A stretch of DNA of 64,000 nt. Origin: Mizuhopecten yessoensis. Its lineage: Eukaryota. The stretch lies in contig NW_018408738.1 in assembly GCF_002113885.1 (NCBI RefSeq), positions 992,486-1,056,485 of the forward strand, given 5' to 3'. A model generated the notes under the pieces. The model was given only the letters and a program-made list of their open reading frames with translations, made no database searches and had not been told where the DNA came from. Made by a program: the position numbers and the translations under genes. Shown here piece after piece: positions 1-13,289 of the stretch. Every line of letters starts with the position of its first letter. The first letter of the stretch is position 1.

Positions 1-1008
1 ATTCTGGTGTCCAAGTAGGCAGTGTACCGGTATTTAGGGTTGTCATTCTGGTGTCGAAGCAGATATTGTACCGGTATTTAGAGTTGTCATTCTGGTGTCC
101 AAGTAGGCAGTGTACCGGAATTTAGAGTTGTCATTCTGGTGTCGAAGCAGTGGGTGTACCGGTATTTAGAGGTGTCATTCTGGTGTCCAAGCAGTGGGTG
201 TACCGGTATTTAGAGGTGTAATTCTGGTGTCCAAGTAAAGAGTGTACCAGTGTTTAGAGTTGTTATTCTGGTGTCCAAGCAGAGAGTGTACCGGTGTTTG
301 GAGATTTCATTCTGGTGTCCAAGTAGAGAGTGTACCGGTATTTAGAGTTGTTATTCTGGTGGCCAAGCAGAGAGTGTACAGTAGAGAGGTTACCGGTGTT
401 TAGAGTTCTTATTCTGGTGTCCAAGCAGAGAGTGTACAGTAGAGAGGTTACCGGTGTTTAGAGTTCTTATTCTGGTGTCCAAGTAAAGAGTGTACCGGTA
501 TTTAGAGTTGTCATTCTGGTGTCCAAGCAGTGGGTGTACCGGTGTTTAGAGGTGTCATTCTGGTGTCCAAGTAAAGAGTGTACCGGTGTTTAGAGTTATT
601 ATTCTGGTGTCCAAGCAGAGAGTGTACCGGTGTTTAAAGTTGTCATTCTGGTGTCCAAGTAGAGAGTGTACCGGTGTTTAGAGTTGTTATTCTGGTGTCC
701 AAGTAGAGAGTGTACCGGTATTAAGAGTTGTCATTCTTGTGTCCAAGTAGAGAGTGTACCGGTATTTAGAGTTGTCATTCTGGTGTGCAAGTAGAGAGTG
801 TACCGGTATTTAGAGTTGTCATTCTGGTGTCCAAGTAGAGAGTGTACCGGTGTTTAGAGTTGTCATTCTGATATCCAAGTAGAGAGTGTACCGGTGTTTA
901 GAGGTGTCATTCTGGTGTCCAAGTAGGCAGTGTACCGGTGTTTAGAGTTGTCATTGTGGTGTCCAAGTAGAGAGCGTACCGGTGTTTAGAGTTGTCATTC
1001 TGGTGTCC
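1..1008. repeat. 44-bp tandem minisatellite, ~22 units, truncated by the left window edge
   Basis: Unit ATTCTGGTGTCCAAGTAGAGAGTGTACCGGTRTTTAGAGTTGTC starts at 1, 45, 89 and so on. Two adjacent 58-bp variant units lie at 353-410 and 411-468. There are no unique spacers. Confidence 0.97.
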
Positions 1009-4000
1009 TATCAGATACTTAAACGATATATAGAGAATTCGTTTGGAATCTCGGCAAAGAACATGATAAATATTCGGAGTTGTTCTCTGGCATCTCAGGA
1101 TATGAAAGAGCATGCCGGTGTTAAGAGTTATCCTGATCACACCTAAGCAACAGGCAGCTACCCTTTCTTTTCTTATACCAACAGCAAACTTAATTGTATT
1201 CTGTATACATCGACAACGATAATGGATATGCAAATGTTAGCGTCAATAACTGACATCTTCGATGTTCTGACTCTTGAATTAATGAAAAATCCGAGCATTA
1301 TAGACAAACCACGCATTAACGACCCGACCGGATTTCCGAATGGTAGATACCAAGGCAACGAACGTACAGACCACACTGAGGACATGTCGCCAGGCATCAA
1401 TCGAACTGTTACTGCTTCCAATTAACTTCAAGCTCTAGCATCTAATTAACTCCGAGCGTTGGAATCTAATTACTCGCGGTCCCCGATTCCAGTCTTAGAA
1501 TGTCGCGACATGGTGATGGTAGAGACAGACCAGACATCACTGTTAACACCCTCGTTTGTCCCGCGATGTACCTGTATAATTAAAATTATCTTACCTGTCA
1601 TCTAATATGCACTAAATGATACATGCTAATATTGTTATAGCAATCATCTTCTCACGTTCTGGGTTACAACGAAGGTTAGTTTATCGAGCTTTAATAAGCT
1701 TATCTAGAAATTACACATTATTAAGGTGAATATAAAACGCCATCAGAAATGGCTAAAACTATTTTATGTTATCATACATATTTATCTATCTCAATAATGC
1801 AAACAGCTCGATGTTAAATTGTTTCTGTAGTTCTGGATAGATTATGAGACTGGAGTCTTTACACTGCAGGTACATATAGGTGTATATTGTTCAAGATGGA
1901 AACAAGTTTGGAATGACCTCAATTTGAAACGATCCATGGAACTTGACATAACTATATACAACGTTGGTGGAACCGTCGGGCTGTCAAACAATAGCAATAC
2001 TGCCGGATTATGCCTATGACAATGTTGGGCTACCATAGATACACGACTCTGTTAGACAAGTTGATATGACAAGTACTGTCGAAATGTCAATCAGTTGTGA
2101 TCAATAGTTGTACCAAACGGGCATGCTGTCATGTAGATATGGCATTGTTGGACCTCCGTACTGATAGAACGTGTATGGAAAACTGTCGGATCAAAACTGG
2201 CTGTCGGACTGGTCGCAAACATGTATCACTATACCGACTTTTGCACACTTTGTATTATCAGGTGTGCACTCATATTAGGAAATTTCAAAATAAGTAAACT
2301 GAAGTCCAACACTTTAATTATTTCATAATTCATTTTCTTGTTTGCCTACTTTTATCTCTTATTGAACCATATGATCAAAGCTGCTGTAGAAGGCTACAAC
2401 TACCACAGAAACACATGGCACTACTGGGCTGCCATACACGTATGCCACTTCCGGGCCGCCATACATCAAGTGATTAAGAGACACACCAATACGCGTTGTA
2501 GCAGTAGATTACATAAGACTGAGTGAGTTTAAACGTGATATCACGATGTCTGGTACTATGTATTACTTGTGTATGTAAAGAGTATATTTATCTGGCTGTC
2601 CTCAATAATACAAATTGACTAACGCCCCTGAGTAGGTTTATAGTGTTACCTGTCACATTGATAAAGTGAACAGCCCGATAATGTGTTTGTGATCGCTTCA
2701 AATTGATTGATTTTGATATTTGGATTGAATGAGGTCACCAGCAGACCTAAAGCGTCTGTCTGACAGTGTATAGTCCGAGGTTAATCAAACGTTACTTGAT
2801 ATTTACAAGACGTTGATGGGATTGTCGGAAAACTAATGTTTGTATGAATTACAAACGTTCCAATGACTCCGTCTATAACAGGATACTGAAGACAGACTAA
2901 AGTATGGTAGCATTTGTGATCACAGAAACGCAAAGAACAAACTTGCAACAATTAGTAATTGTCAATGTCTTTATTTACAAAAAAAGATGGGATCAATTTT
3001 GGAGTGAAAAAAAACATATCGGTCATTTCCTTAAGATTGTTTTTTTTTCAATTTTGACAAATGCATAGATTGGTGTAAGGTATCCTCACGAAATTTGAGA
3101 CCCGAATCCATTTGGTTAAATTCGCCGTGGTTTTTCTGAACTGCCATACAAGGCTTATGTACGTCTGTTTGTGGACCCGTACAAACGGGTCTACTGCTGT
3201 GCCGCCATACCAGATCCATGGCTTCACTGCCACACCGGACTTCCGTACTAATGGATCGTGATTTTAATTACTTTGATTACGCACAGGCGTGTTGTGATTA
3301 GTTCTGATTGGACGGGTTTGCCGGACTATGGATCAGCTGACCAGACAAACAAGTGTGAGACGTGGAGGTTCGCGAGAGTGATGTGTTGTTCGATAGGTCA
3401 GCTCTCGTTTACACGAGGGCAAATCATTCGCTAAATCGACACTGCCAGACGAGGGTCTAAACGAAACCTATCATCTTCATAGATCCTTAAAGTATGGTGA
3501 CCACCTGTGGTGTAGGAAAAATGAACCCCTTTGTTGTCATCTAAATTTACCTTCGGTTTGTTGCGGATACAGAATCATGAGGTGATTCATATTCGTTGAT
3601 GTTTCTTTTGTTTATTGTATTTTCTTCAGTACCTTTTGGGATTTTGTTCTTGTATACATTAGTTTTAGTTGATATTTACTGCTGTATAATGAGTATTGGA
3701 CATTTGCTGTGAAACCCTAACGGTCCGTTAACACAATGATGTAAAACATATTTGTTTGTTTAGGTTTTGACTATTGGCAACAGCTAAGGCCATATGCAAA
3801 TTATGTCCACATATGGTTGGGCCACTAAAGGGTCGTGTTTCATCTTACGGATGTATCATTACATAGACACCGTAGCCAATCACCTCTCCAAACCCTAACA
3901 TTATGTAAAAGGGATAAGTAGAAACTTCTATGGGGACACTGCTGATCAGAGAGGGTATGTACAACAGAAGAGAAAATAACAAAGACATCAGAGGTTCCAA

Positions 4001-4799
4001 TAGGAAACAATAGGTCAATTTTTTTTTTCTTTAACAACCAAAATAACGTCTTAACCCAAATCTAACGTTCTCTCGAAATCTATTGTGACTTCCGATAGTG
4101 ATGGTTAGTTAATTTTGAAATCTAAAAACCTAACGACAGACATATTGACGAACATGAAAAGACAATGCCCTGAGACAAGACTAGTTCTGCTGGGTGCGCT
4201 CTTATATCCCCCTTTACTATGGACCCAAGACCTTGATACATCATCGTGTTTGATGTTTATGTGAACTAAGTGGCATCTTTACATGAAGACAGATGAAGCC
4301 AGAGAGTGACTGGCATAACATTTCTGATCTTTGCAACAGCGACATCGATATTGGGTTTATGACCTTGGAATGATTGAGATATTCCTGTATTGAATACTTG
4401 TTTATCTTCACAATAACAGGAAATGTTATGACGCTTGGGTGATACGGACATGGGTGATTCTATAAGAAACTCGACGTCAAGTACTAAATATTAAACGTAA
4501 CATTATTTACCTACTACAAAGCAGTACTTTGACTCGACAACAAACGACTTAAAGCACTATCATATATACGTTCTACACAAACAATATACGTAGTAAACGT
4601 GTCGCAACGTTTCAATAACGACTGGTCCCTTTGTCAAGCTATGACTGATTTAAAACACTGGTTAGTGATTGAATGATTATAGGGAAAAAACTAAAGAATA
4701 CCCAATGTCAATAAAATCATAATTCGAACTAAAAAACGACTTAACCAGGGCAAAATTAAGACAAAAACAAAGTTTACATGGAAACATTTAAAAAGTACA

Positions 4800-5107
4800 A
4801 GGAGAATAGATGCAGGTGCTCCGGAAGGGTGAGCGTCGTCTGCTTCATCTCCGACAACCATCGTAAACATCTTGGTCAAGTGCAAGTATTTTCATGTTTG
4901 CACACCCACAACCTTATAGTGACAACAAAAAAACCCAGAAAACATCCTGATGAGCATATTAAGAAAATGGCGAACATCAAATCACGTAAAAAACCCACCC
5001 ATATTTCCCTAAGATATCATGATGGAGACCATGGCACTGTCCGTAGTCTTCATCAACCTTGCTTTTTGGAAACCCCGTGTCGTAAGTTTGCTCGCCAGAG
5101 GTCGACG
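4800..5107 (-). mobile_element. Degraded Penelope-like retroelement fragment (RT C-terminal region plus downstream sequence)
   Basis: Minus strand 5107-4998 reads RRPLASKLTTRGFQKARLMKT, then after a frameshift CHGLHHDILGKYG. This matches the Penelope RT C-terminal pattern R..L..KL..QGF...L...L.KFYGRHHDL..KYG recalled from mollusc elements. The motif CAGGTGCTCCGGAAGGGTGAGC at ~4813 is one I recall lying downstream of such ORFs. Confidence 0.6.
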
Positions 5108-6332
5108 ACCTTGTTGTTAATCAATATCAGGTAAAACGGTTGAAGAATAAAAGCATGTAGTGTCCTCATTTCTTTAGATGCGGTAAAACACTCTTGTTTT
5201 ACAAAGACAGAACATCGTCGATTTATCGGAAAGGTGAAATTGAAGGACTTGGCTAGGTTTTAGTTACCAGTCCCGAAAACCTCACTAATAAAACCTCCAA
5301 ACAATGCATGACCATTGACCACACATAATCAGGTCTCCATGTCCGCATGTTTTCCCATATCTAGACCCAACGGCATCATATACTCATTTTGTCATGTCAT
5401 ATAGGAACCTTGTCCAAGGATATGCGCAATCAGATTGTTCTGAACAAATCGGAGTCAAAATTTTTACTTCCAAACATTATAAGACAAAATCTGTCATGTC
5501 ACATTTAAATATTGCACTGACACCTGATCCCAAACGCTCTGAGCTACGATCGTGTGAAGTGCCAAATGCCAGATAATTTATCAAACTACATCAATTTCGA
5601 ATTTGAGGTAACGCATCAACCAGCTGTAGACTTCGTAGGTTTGTCACGCTTTTCAAAGGGACGGAAGCACAGCGTATACACAATGAAAGAAGGCTCGGCG
5701 GATTGTTACCCGTTTCAAATATGGCGCCGATCACTCTTCAGCGAGATAAATGTTCGATGATAGACATTGTTTGATTCCTTCAACATCTAGAAACATAGAA
5801 CGTATTCGGGATCAATTGTGTCTGATGATGATAGCAAGCTTCTTATTCCATGGAAGCACATTCAAAATTATTTGACGTTAAAGTAAAAACAAAAGACGGT
5901 GTGCTTTTGCGATATTCGACCGCGTCAATCTCAGAGTAGTGCGGTCATGCGTGTAACGATCGTTATAAATGAATACAAATGTTTGATGTCCTATTAATAT
6001 GACTTCGTTAAAATTTTAAAAGCGATGAAAAGGAGAAAAAAAAGTATCGTTCACTGCGTATTTACTCATATATCAATGAATAGATTCACTGGAACTATAT
6101 TATCCTAGCAACCACCGCTGACACGCACAATAATTTATGTTTGTTGCTAACTACGTTCATACTACGTACACGCCGTCAAAATAAAGGTCAAACCTTTAAT
6201 GAAAATGTGTATTAGATTTTATTCAAAATATCTGAAGAAAAGCATAGTTGTGCGCAGGCTGACGAGTTGTACGTTTCATTATAAGCTGACCTCTCCGTAG
6301 TGTGGCTCTGTACGTCAAGCATATATGATTAC

Positions 6333-6560
6333 CATCTAATTCATGAATAAGAATAATAAGCAATGCTCCAAACTCGTCACAGTCATTAATGGTGACCTAC
6401 TGACAATCCAAAAATACGACAAATACAGCCAATCCGTCCGTGCCCGCGAGTTAAACGTCTTGCCGTACGTGGCGAGTGCCCATACTATAATAGAAACACT
6501 TGACGGATTTGTCACTGTTCCAAAATGGTCATCCCTGTCGGCTCCATGTGCTGGCTGCAA
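6333..6560 (-). other. Candidate (non-coding or 5'-UTR) exon
   Basis: GC-elevated block starting at ttttaaatcag|TTG (also a TCAGTT initiator match) and ending ATG|gtaatc. Confidence 0.3.
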
Positions 6561-7749
6561 CTGATTTAAAAGCAGTGATCGGTTATGGTATCAACACATG
6601 TTATGTATACATTGTAGGTTTCCGTTATTGAGGTGATATATCCGACAGACGGATTCATATCCCACGTGTGATACAACTTGTTTAAAGTTCACACACCAGT
6701 AATGTCAAATAGTAGATCCCGTGAGATAATAAAAATGTATCGAAAATAATAACTTTTGAACACTTCTGTCCCTGTGCAGTGCTCTCTAACGTTAGGTGTA
6801 TCGCAGGGGCATTAGTTTCCGTGCAATACTTCCTTGTTCGTCATTCCAATATGACGTGTATTACAACCTTTGATTATTTTTAACGTTAATGCAAGCGGTA
6901 TTTCCTATTTGTCAATCTGTGTCTCAAACGGACAATAGCGGCGTCTGTATTGTGTCCTCTGCATAAATGTCAGACTGCAACAATACTTAACGTAACACTA
7001 CTTTATCGTTTAAGGCACGTTTAATACCTAGCGGTTACTGTAATGATGTGTGCTGGTCATATTATAATAGCTAGGATTTTAAAAACAGGAAACATCATAT
7101 AAGGTGCAAAAAGCGATAACACTTCAGCAGAACCTGTGTTTGCTTCATGTTCTTTTCTATGTCTTAAAGATGATTTACATTCTAATTTAATGTCTTCTTT
7201 TTCATGTCGCCGTCTTCCACTGTGATTGATGGCAGTGTGCTTATGTACCGTGGTTTACTTTATTCTTTAGCTTCTAGTGATACTACAGTGACTACAAGGA
7301 CGAAGCACGTAAACCTTATACGGTGTGAGGTCTGTGTCGGTGATCAGTGGTCTCGCCAAAATGATATTGCAGAGGTGCAATGGGGTTGCTATAACTGCAT
7401 TATTGTGATACGGCCGACATAATCTGTTGATAAACAGAGGACGGATCAGTCCTGATTGTTATGACCTCTGTTCCATCCCGAGACACCACCCATGGCGCTC
7501 AGGAAATGATACAGTGAATTGGTCTGCTATTGATCTTGTCTGGGGGAAAATGACCATACCGTACCTAATTCCAAAATACAACATCTTTATACAACTTTTG
7601 GCGTTTTGTGTATATAGAATAAATGGTTATTGAATTTGGATGAGATTAGTCTGGTCGTTGTGTTCGTCCCAATCCTTGCAACTCTGTGAAGTTAAAACAC
7701 TTTTTAAACGATTTCAAACTACATGATGATAAAACAATATTTTTAGAAG

Positions 7750-7890
7750 ATGTCATATTATATACGGAAATAGAGTTCGTGACGGGTCGATAAAACATTT
7801 TCTGAAATTTAGGGATGTAAGTTTGTCTGTCATATTCAAAGCAAGCTCTTGAATACCAATTCAAACGCGTCCTACAAACGCTATACATGT
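7750..7890 (-). mobile_element. Second, more degraded Penelope-like RT remnant
   Basis: ORF 7646..7888 begins YSVCRTRLNWYSRACFEY...FQKMFY...YN, resembling Penelope RT YGVYISQLIRYSRACS.Y...F.KFY.RH..L...YN with internal deletions. Confidence 0.45.
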
Positions 7891-8572
7891 AGATATGGGG
7901 AAGTGTAGTGAAGCTACTACAGTATCAAAACAGAGAAAAGTCGCAAATCGAAGTCGTCACGTGTAGCACACAACATTGTATTAATCTGTCCCTGTTGGTC
8001 AGGTACATGTGTAGTTGGTGATGAAAATCGAGGTAAAACGCACGGAGCTGATTGAAAAAGCCTGTACATGGTTTTAAGTTCAAAAGGGTATTTATGACAA
8101 AAAATGTTAACTAGTGCCGAGGAAGTTGTTTTAGGGATGCCAGATTTTATCTCCTACCGGAAAACATGGACGACTGTACAACATTCAATGTATGCAAGGA
8201 ACAAATAAGTTTGGAACATGCTAACATACAGCAAGAGAGTCGCTGACATTAAAGTCTGGAATGTCGTTGAATGTCAAGTCTGGCTTGAATTGTAAATTCA
8301 AAAAGTAATTCATTTTATCTCGAATGATGCAGTCTTTTTACGGCGGAAAAATCAAACCTCCGCAAACGTTTACACGTTATTGACACGTACAGACAAGTTG
8401 TCACATTGGCTGATGCAGTAACCATTCTAAATTCTACCCTTTGTTTACAGATTTTACACAGACATGCGCATCTTTTTCACGAGAATCTAAACAGACAGGA
8501 ATTATATACAATTTGAAGATTTAATGGATGTATATCTCATCTGTTTGAAAGTAATCATTCCCCAGTAATATA

Positions 8573-9537
8573 CAGTTGTGGGACCGCACAACGCACCAAA
8601 AATGGCGTGCGCCCACCGTGCATACATCGTTCACACACCGTCCGCACATCGTCCACACATGGTGCGCACAACTGTGCGATTTAGCAATCGTTCGCCCCGT
8701 TGTGCGCTTCTCTCCGCACAACTGTGCGATTTGGTATCGTTTGTAGATCAAAATTACGGAATGACAAAAATACGGAAGGCTTGTATGCGATAATGTACAC
8801 TGTGTATATAGCTGTAATTTCTCATCCCAATAATCAAGATTATACAATTTCACAATCCGTATTACACAGTATTACAGTGACCGTTAGGCTGTCAAGAAAG
8901 GGTTTGGCTCCAAGGTAACAGAACAGGTAAATAACAATTTTATGAGTGTCCGGAGTTTTACCTGACCAGTGCCTGACACACAGAGCTGATATGCGATACC
9001 GTTTGACCGTAATAAAAAGGATTCGTTATTTGCATTCGTTAACCTATATATAGCTCCCCTTCACCTGGATTTTCGCACCCCCGGCCTTACCCAACGAGTT
9101 ACGTAAATGCCCCAGGCGGGGAGAAAACTACGGTCCAGGTACATGTATACAATGGTTATGTTTACCTGTATACGGGGTTGTGTTGTAATTTTACATGTGT
9201 CGATTAAGGTTGTTTAAAAACACAGAAAACACAATTCCTAAATATAAGAATTTATAGACAGAAAGATAAGTTTATAGATGTTGCTAGAATATAGAAATAT
9301 ACGTAAACATCAAGTTTATATGTTTAACAAGAAACCGTATAAATTGTTAAGGCATTCCTCAATTTACACCAACAACGATTGTTATCGCACAACGTCCGTC
9401 CATCGTGCGCACATATGTGCGCAAGCAATGATCGTTCAGCTTTTTACCGTTCGCCCATCGTGCACACACCGTTCACACACCGTGCACACATCGTGCGCAC
9501 ACCGCACATCGTGTAACGTTGTGCGATCCCACAACTG
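8573..9537. mobile_element. Non-autonomous Tc1/mariner-type DNA transposon (MITE), copy 1, 965 bp
   Basis: 21-bp TIRs CAGTTGTGGGACCGCACAACG and CGTTGTGCGATCCCACAACTG (1 mismatch). TA lies on both flanks (8571-72, 9538-39). There is no transposase ORF, and two further copies occur in the window. Confidence 0.93.
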
Positions 9538-12500
9538 TATATTCCTCTGTGATCTTGATCTACGACTTCAGATAATAATGTTCTGTTACTACGAACCATA
9601 AGAGCTATTCATTGTAATAAGGAATGAACATATCTTTTTTCGTCAACCAATCCATTTTTAAATAATTTTCTTGCTTTTAAATAAGGTTTGAAATGCATCT
9701 TTTAACATTTATGAGTGTATGTAACACAGTTCCGTCCAAACATATTCGAATTCCATGATGCGCGTTAGCGGGGACGATCTGAAATTAAGAAAAAATAGTA
9801 TTTTTTTCACGTTAAAAAGCAAAAAACCGTCATGAAAACAACATGAATTGAACAGCCTTTTTCGCGGGAAAGATGATGCGTTGTCAACGGTGACGAAATA
9901 CACAGTTGAGCAATAAACACATAGTTTCACTTTGCATATTTTTTAATAATTTAATTTACATTACCAGCATGTTTAACAAGCATTGATTATCTTAAAAATT
10001 GACAGTAATCCTAATTTAAAACAAAAAACCCTGTACAATCTTTTAGTTGCAAAAAGTCAGAAAATTTATTCCGTGTTTGCGGAGATAGCTGACCGTTAAA
10101 AACCGGTTGTGCAGCGGCTACGTTCATCAGGCCACGAAGCGGTTGGTCTTTCAACGAGATAGGAAGTGCGTCTGTGAAATGTAGAGTTTCTTAAGAAACC
10201 AGATGACCATTAAAAAGATGCTGTTAATTGAATTCTTATGTCGGTCGTTTGTGTCAACAGGACTAGCTCATCCTGTGAGCATTCGGCATGTGTTACTACA
10301 GAAAATGTATCGATGATTGACTGGCCGACGAGCCGGGACGATTTCACCTGCTTCGCCCACTTGCAACGGACGCGCGCGCGTTAGTGTAGATTCTAGAGGA
10401 CAGTAAATTATTCTGTTCTGTTGAAAAGGACCTGTTCTAGATCTTATAGCAGACACGCTTAGGTGGCCCGACATAAACATGATGTGCCTTGATTCAAAAA
10501 CACAATCATTCCATATTAGTCTAGAGACACGTCTGCGACGTCGCTGTCCTGGAGCACAGGGATTCGTTACAAATGTCAGTGGCTGGAGTTAGCACACGAC
10601 AGATGTCATGTTATGGTACACGTAGCACTGTTAATATTACTACACACTTGCTTTTATGGAATCATGCAAATAGTTTAAGTTGGTATTGTTATCTAGAGGC
10701 ACTGCAACACAAATGTAAATATTCACTTTTAACTGTAAGATTTGCACTTGGTTTCATCTCCTATTACGACGATTTAATGACGTCATCGTTCGTGTGTTGG
10801 AGTCTCCGCAGTACCTGTTGTTGTCTATACGTATCTACCTTGCGTTATAAACGTGCCCTAGTTACATGTTCAGGTATTTGACGATTTGTCGGAGTCTTTG
10901 TTATTTTACTTTCGTACGTATCAGACGATACATTTATTACAACTCAACCTGTTTTATTTGTAATACATGTACACTGGCATAACTGATATTAATGGATTAC
11001 TCGACTAACGAAATATGAATTGTTACACGCAAACAGACGAGTTTGCATGATTCCTTTCATCTTTTGTACGTATACTTCATTTACTAATGAGTGAGTGAAT
11101 CCTTGATTTTTGTTATCGATTTCTGATATACCTTTGATTTCTGGATTCTTACGTGGGTTTAATATTCCACATACGAAATCTGTCAGCTAACCACTCTTTT
11201 CAATTTAACGCTCTGGCAAATTATTTCTATGTCGAAAGCTAGGATGAGCCAGACAAACGATAATCTAAATTTCGCATGATCTTATATGTCGGTAATAACC
11301 GGGTAATACACCGTAATGTAATCCTATTTAAACGCAGAGTCCGCAGGTATCGCTAAAGCCCAACCTAGCGTAATATGGACGATCATTTATTATGTAGAGC
11401 AACCAGGATTACGTGGGTTTCGCTGTTGTTAATGAATATTGCGAATTATTGATTTGATTTGGGGTTATTTTCTCTTTCAATCACATTTCGTGCGAATTAA
11501 CTTTCGGCTAATTGGGCACATGCATTAAAACGTTCATTAAATAATCACTTTGTCGTCATTTTTTCATTTTCGTTCTTAGAACTTTTAACTTGGGCTTTCC
11601 AATCATAAATGAACGTCCAAATAAAGCTTCAGAAAATTAAACTGGCGGATTTGATCCTTTTACCGCGAACACTGCGGCCAGAAGCAGGTGTCGACTTGCA
11701 GCAGACAGGATATTACCAACGTTCAAGTGATGCCAATTTGTTAAGTCAAATTTCTTATGGCAACGATTCGTTTAATAGATTAATGAACTTTAAGAAAGAA
11801 AATTATAATATGCTCCAGGTACATTTGTTATCAATAATGTGTTGGCTGGGAGTATTGATTGCACACAGCTGGGATACTGTATCAAGTTCATATCATATGA
11901 ATTATCTTAGAAAAATTGAATGCGTGAAATTGTATATCACTTTAAAACCCCTTGAGTTTTGTCGTTTCAGAAAGCGTATTAGATGGATTGCCGTAGTTAG
12001 AATTGAGCCTGCGGGTACTGTGAGACAGTGTCGTGTATAGTGTATACACTTCGGCATGTAAAACATAGTGAATGTAATTTGTTTACACAGCTTAATAGAT
12101 TAATATCATAGTGTTCACACACAGGGACACGATCTTATCGACAGAAATAACAGGATATGGTAAAATAACACATCAAAATGAAAAAAAATAAATATATATA
12201 CATGTATCTATGGACAGTTTGTAAGGCGTATGTCTAAATGTTATATGTAAATATTGGTCTAAAATTTTATGAAAATTCAACACTTAGTTTTTATATGTAC
12301 GTGGCGTTATTTGCCCTTCTAAATAGATTTATTATGACAGTTCAAAATTGATACAATGCAAACCTTTATACATACATGTATCAATAGCTCGATTTTTTCA
12401 AGGATATTCGATTTTCCATTGCTAATTCCGTCTGGTCTGTATAAAGCCGACCATAGATAAGGATTATTTGTCGGTGTTACGACTTATCCCGGGCAGTAAA

Positions 12501-13289
12501 TATGTCTCTCTCAGGTGTAACGCCTCATTCTATTACCAAGGAAGAGGCTTATTTTACATTATAAAGATTTCTTATATACGTATATTTAATGAACGTATCT
12601 AAGTATGCTGTTTTTAACGCCATTGCTGCTGTTTGTATTTTGATGACTGTTGACAAAACTACAAAACTACGCAAGAAATCATGATATAGAGACAGGTTGC
12701 TAAGGTAATCCGGTATCTATGGACAAGCAGAGCAATGACGCGGTCGCCGCCGTTCGTTTTGAGGATAGATGGCAGCTTCTCCTGGGAAGCACGCGACACA
12801 TTAGGACCCGTCGGTAGCAAGGATTTAATGACATAACAAGTTTACCACATACTTGTCTGTTAAATTAGGCTTATTCACAGTTTTCTGTCAACTTGTAAGC
12901 GTAACATCTCGCCGTCTTAGATCACCTTAATGTATGTGATTTACAAATCTACTCGACACGAAAGACGTGACTTTGTTAGTCATCAAAAGTAAGGAAACCG
13001 ATAACGCATCCCTTGTTATTACTGAAGCGAGCTACCATTGATATATATTGATATGGCAAAACACTGTTATCAAATAACACTACGTCATCGAAGTTAACAT
13101 TTTAACGAGAATAACGTTGGAATCTTCAAAACAGTAACACTAATACTTGACTTTTTGAACGCGTGACATGATTTAAGCAAAGTTAAAAGAAAGTTGGTAT
13201 GACCAAGGATTCGGGGTTCCATGATTAACGACCTCACCATTTCTCAGGCGATATTGACACGGTTTGCTTGGAAGACATGGCTCAATAGC

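Noticed and set aside
1-1008. CRISPR-like array (also considered for 56873-57201 and 42352-42482)
   Set aside because: Units are contiguous with no unique spacers, there are no cas genes, and the context is eukaryotic.
3392-3472. Type III hammerhead ribozyme (GATAGGTC...CAGACGAG...CGAAACCTATC)
   Set aside because: Stem III pairs well, but the core is CAGACGA rather than CTGANGA and stems I and II do not form. A degenerate inverted repeat explains it better.
4947-4975. Penelope-associated hammerhead (CTGATGAG...GCGAAC)
   Set aside because: The GAAA core is broken, there are no convincing stems I or III, and it lies antisense to the RT fragment.
8521-9601. Repeated His/Cys/Arg-rich ORFs (AHRAYIVHTPSAHRPH...), also found near 28.3, 29.1, 33.7 and 34.6 kb
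   Set aside because: Translations of the MITE subterminal arrays. Starts and stops differ between copies and there are no transposase motifs.
12020-12042. Conserved microRNA seed matches (miR-1994-like TGAGACAG here, miR-190-like AGATATGTTTGAT near 28129)
   Set aside because: Only the 5' part matches the recalled mature sequences, and no precursor hairpin is evident.
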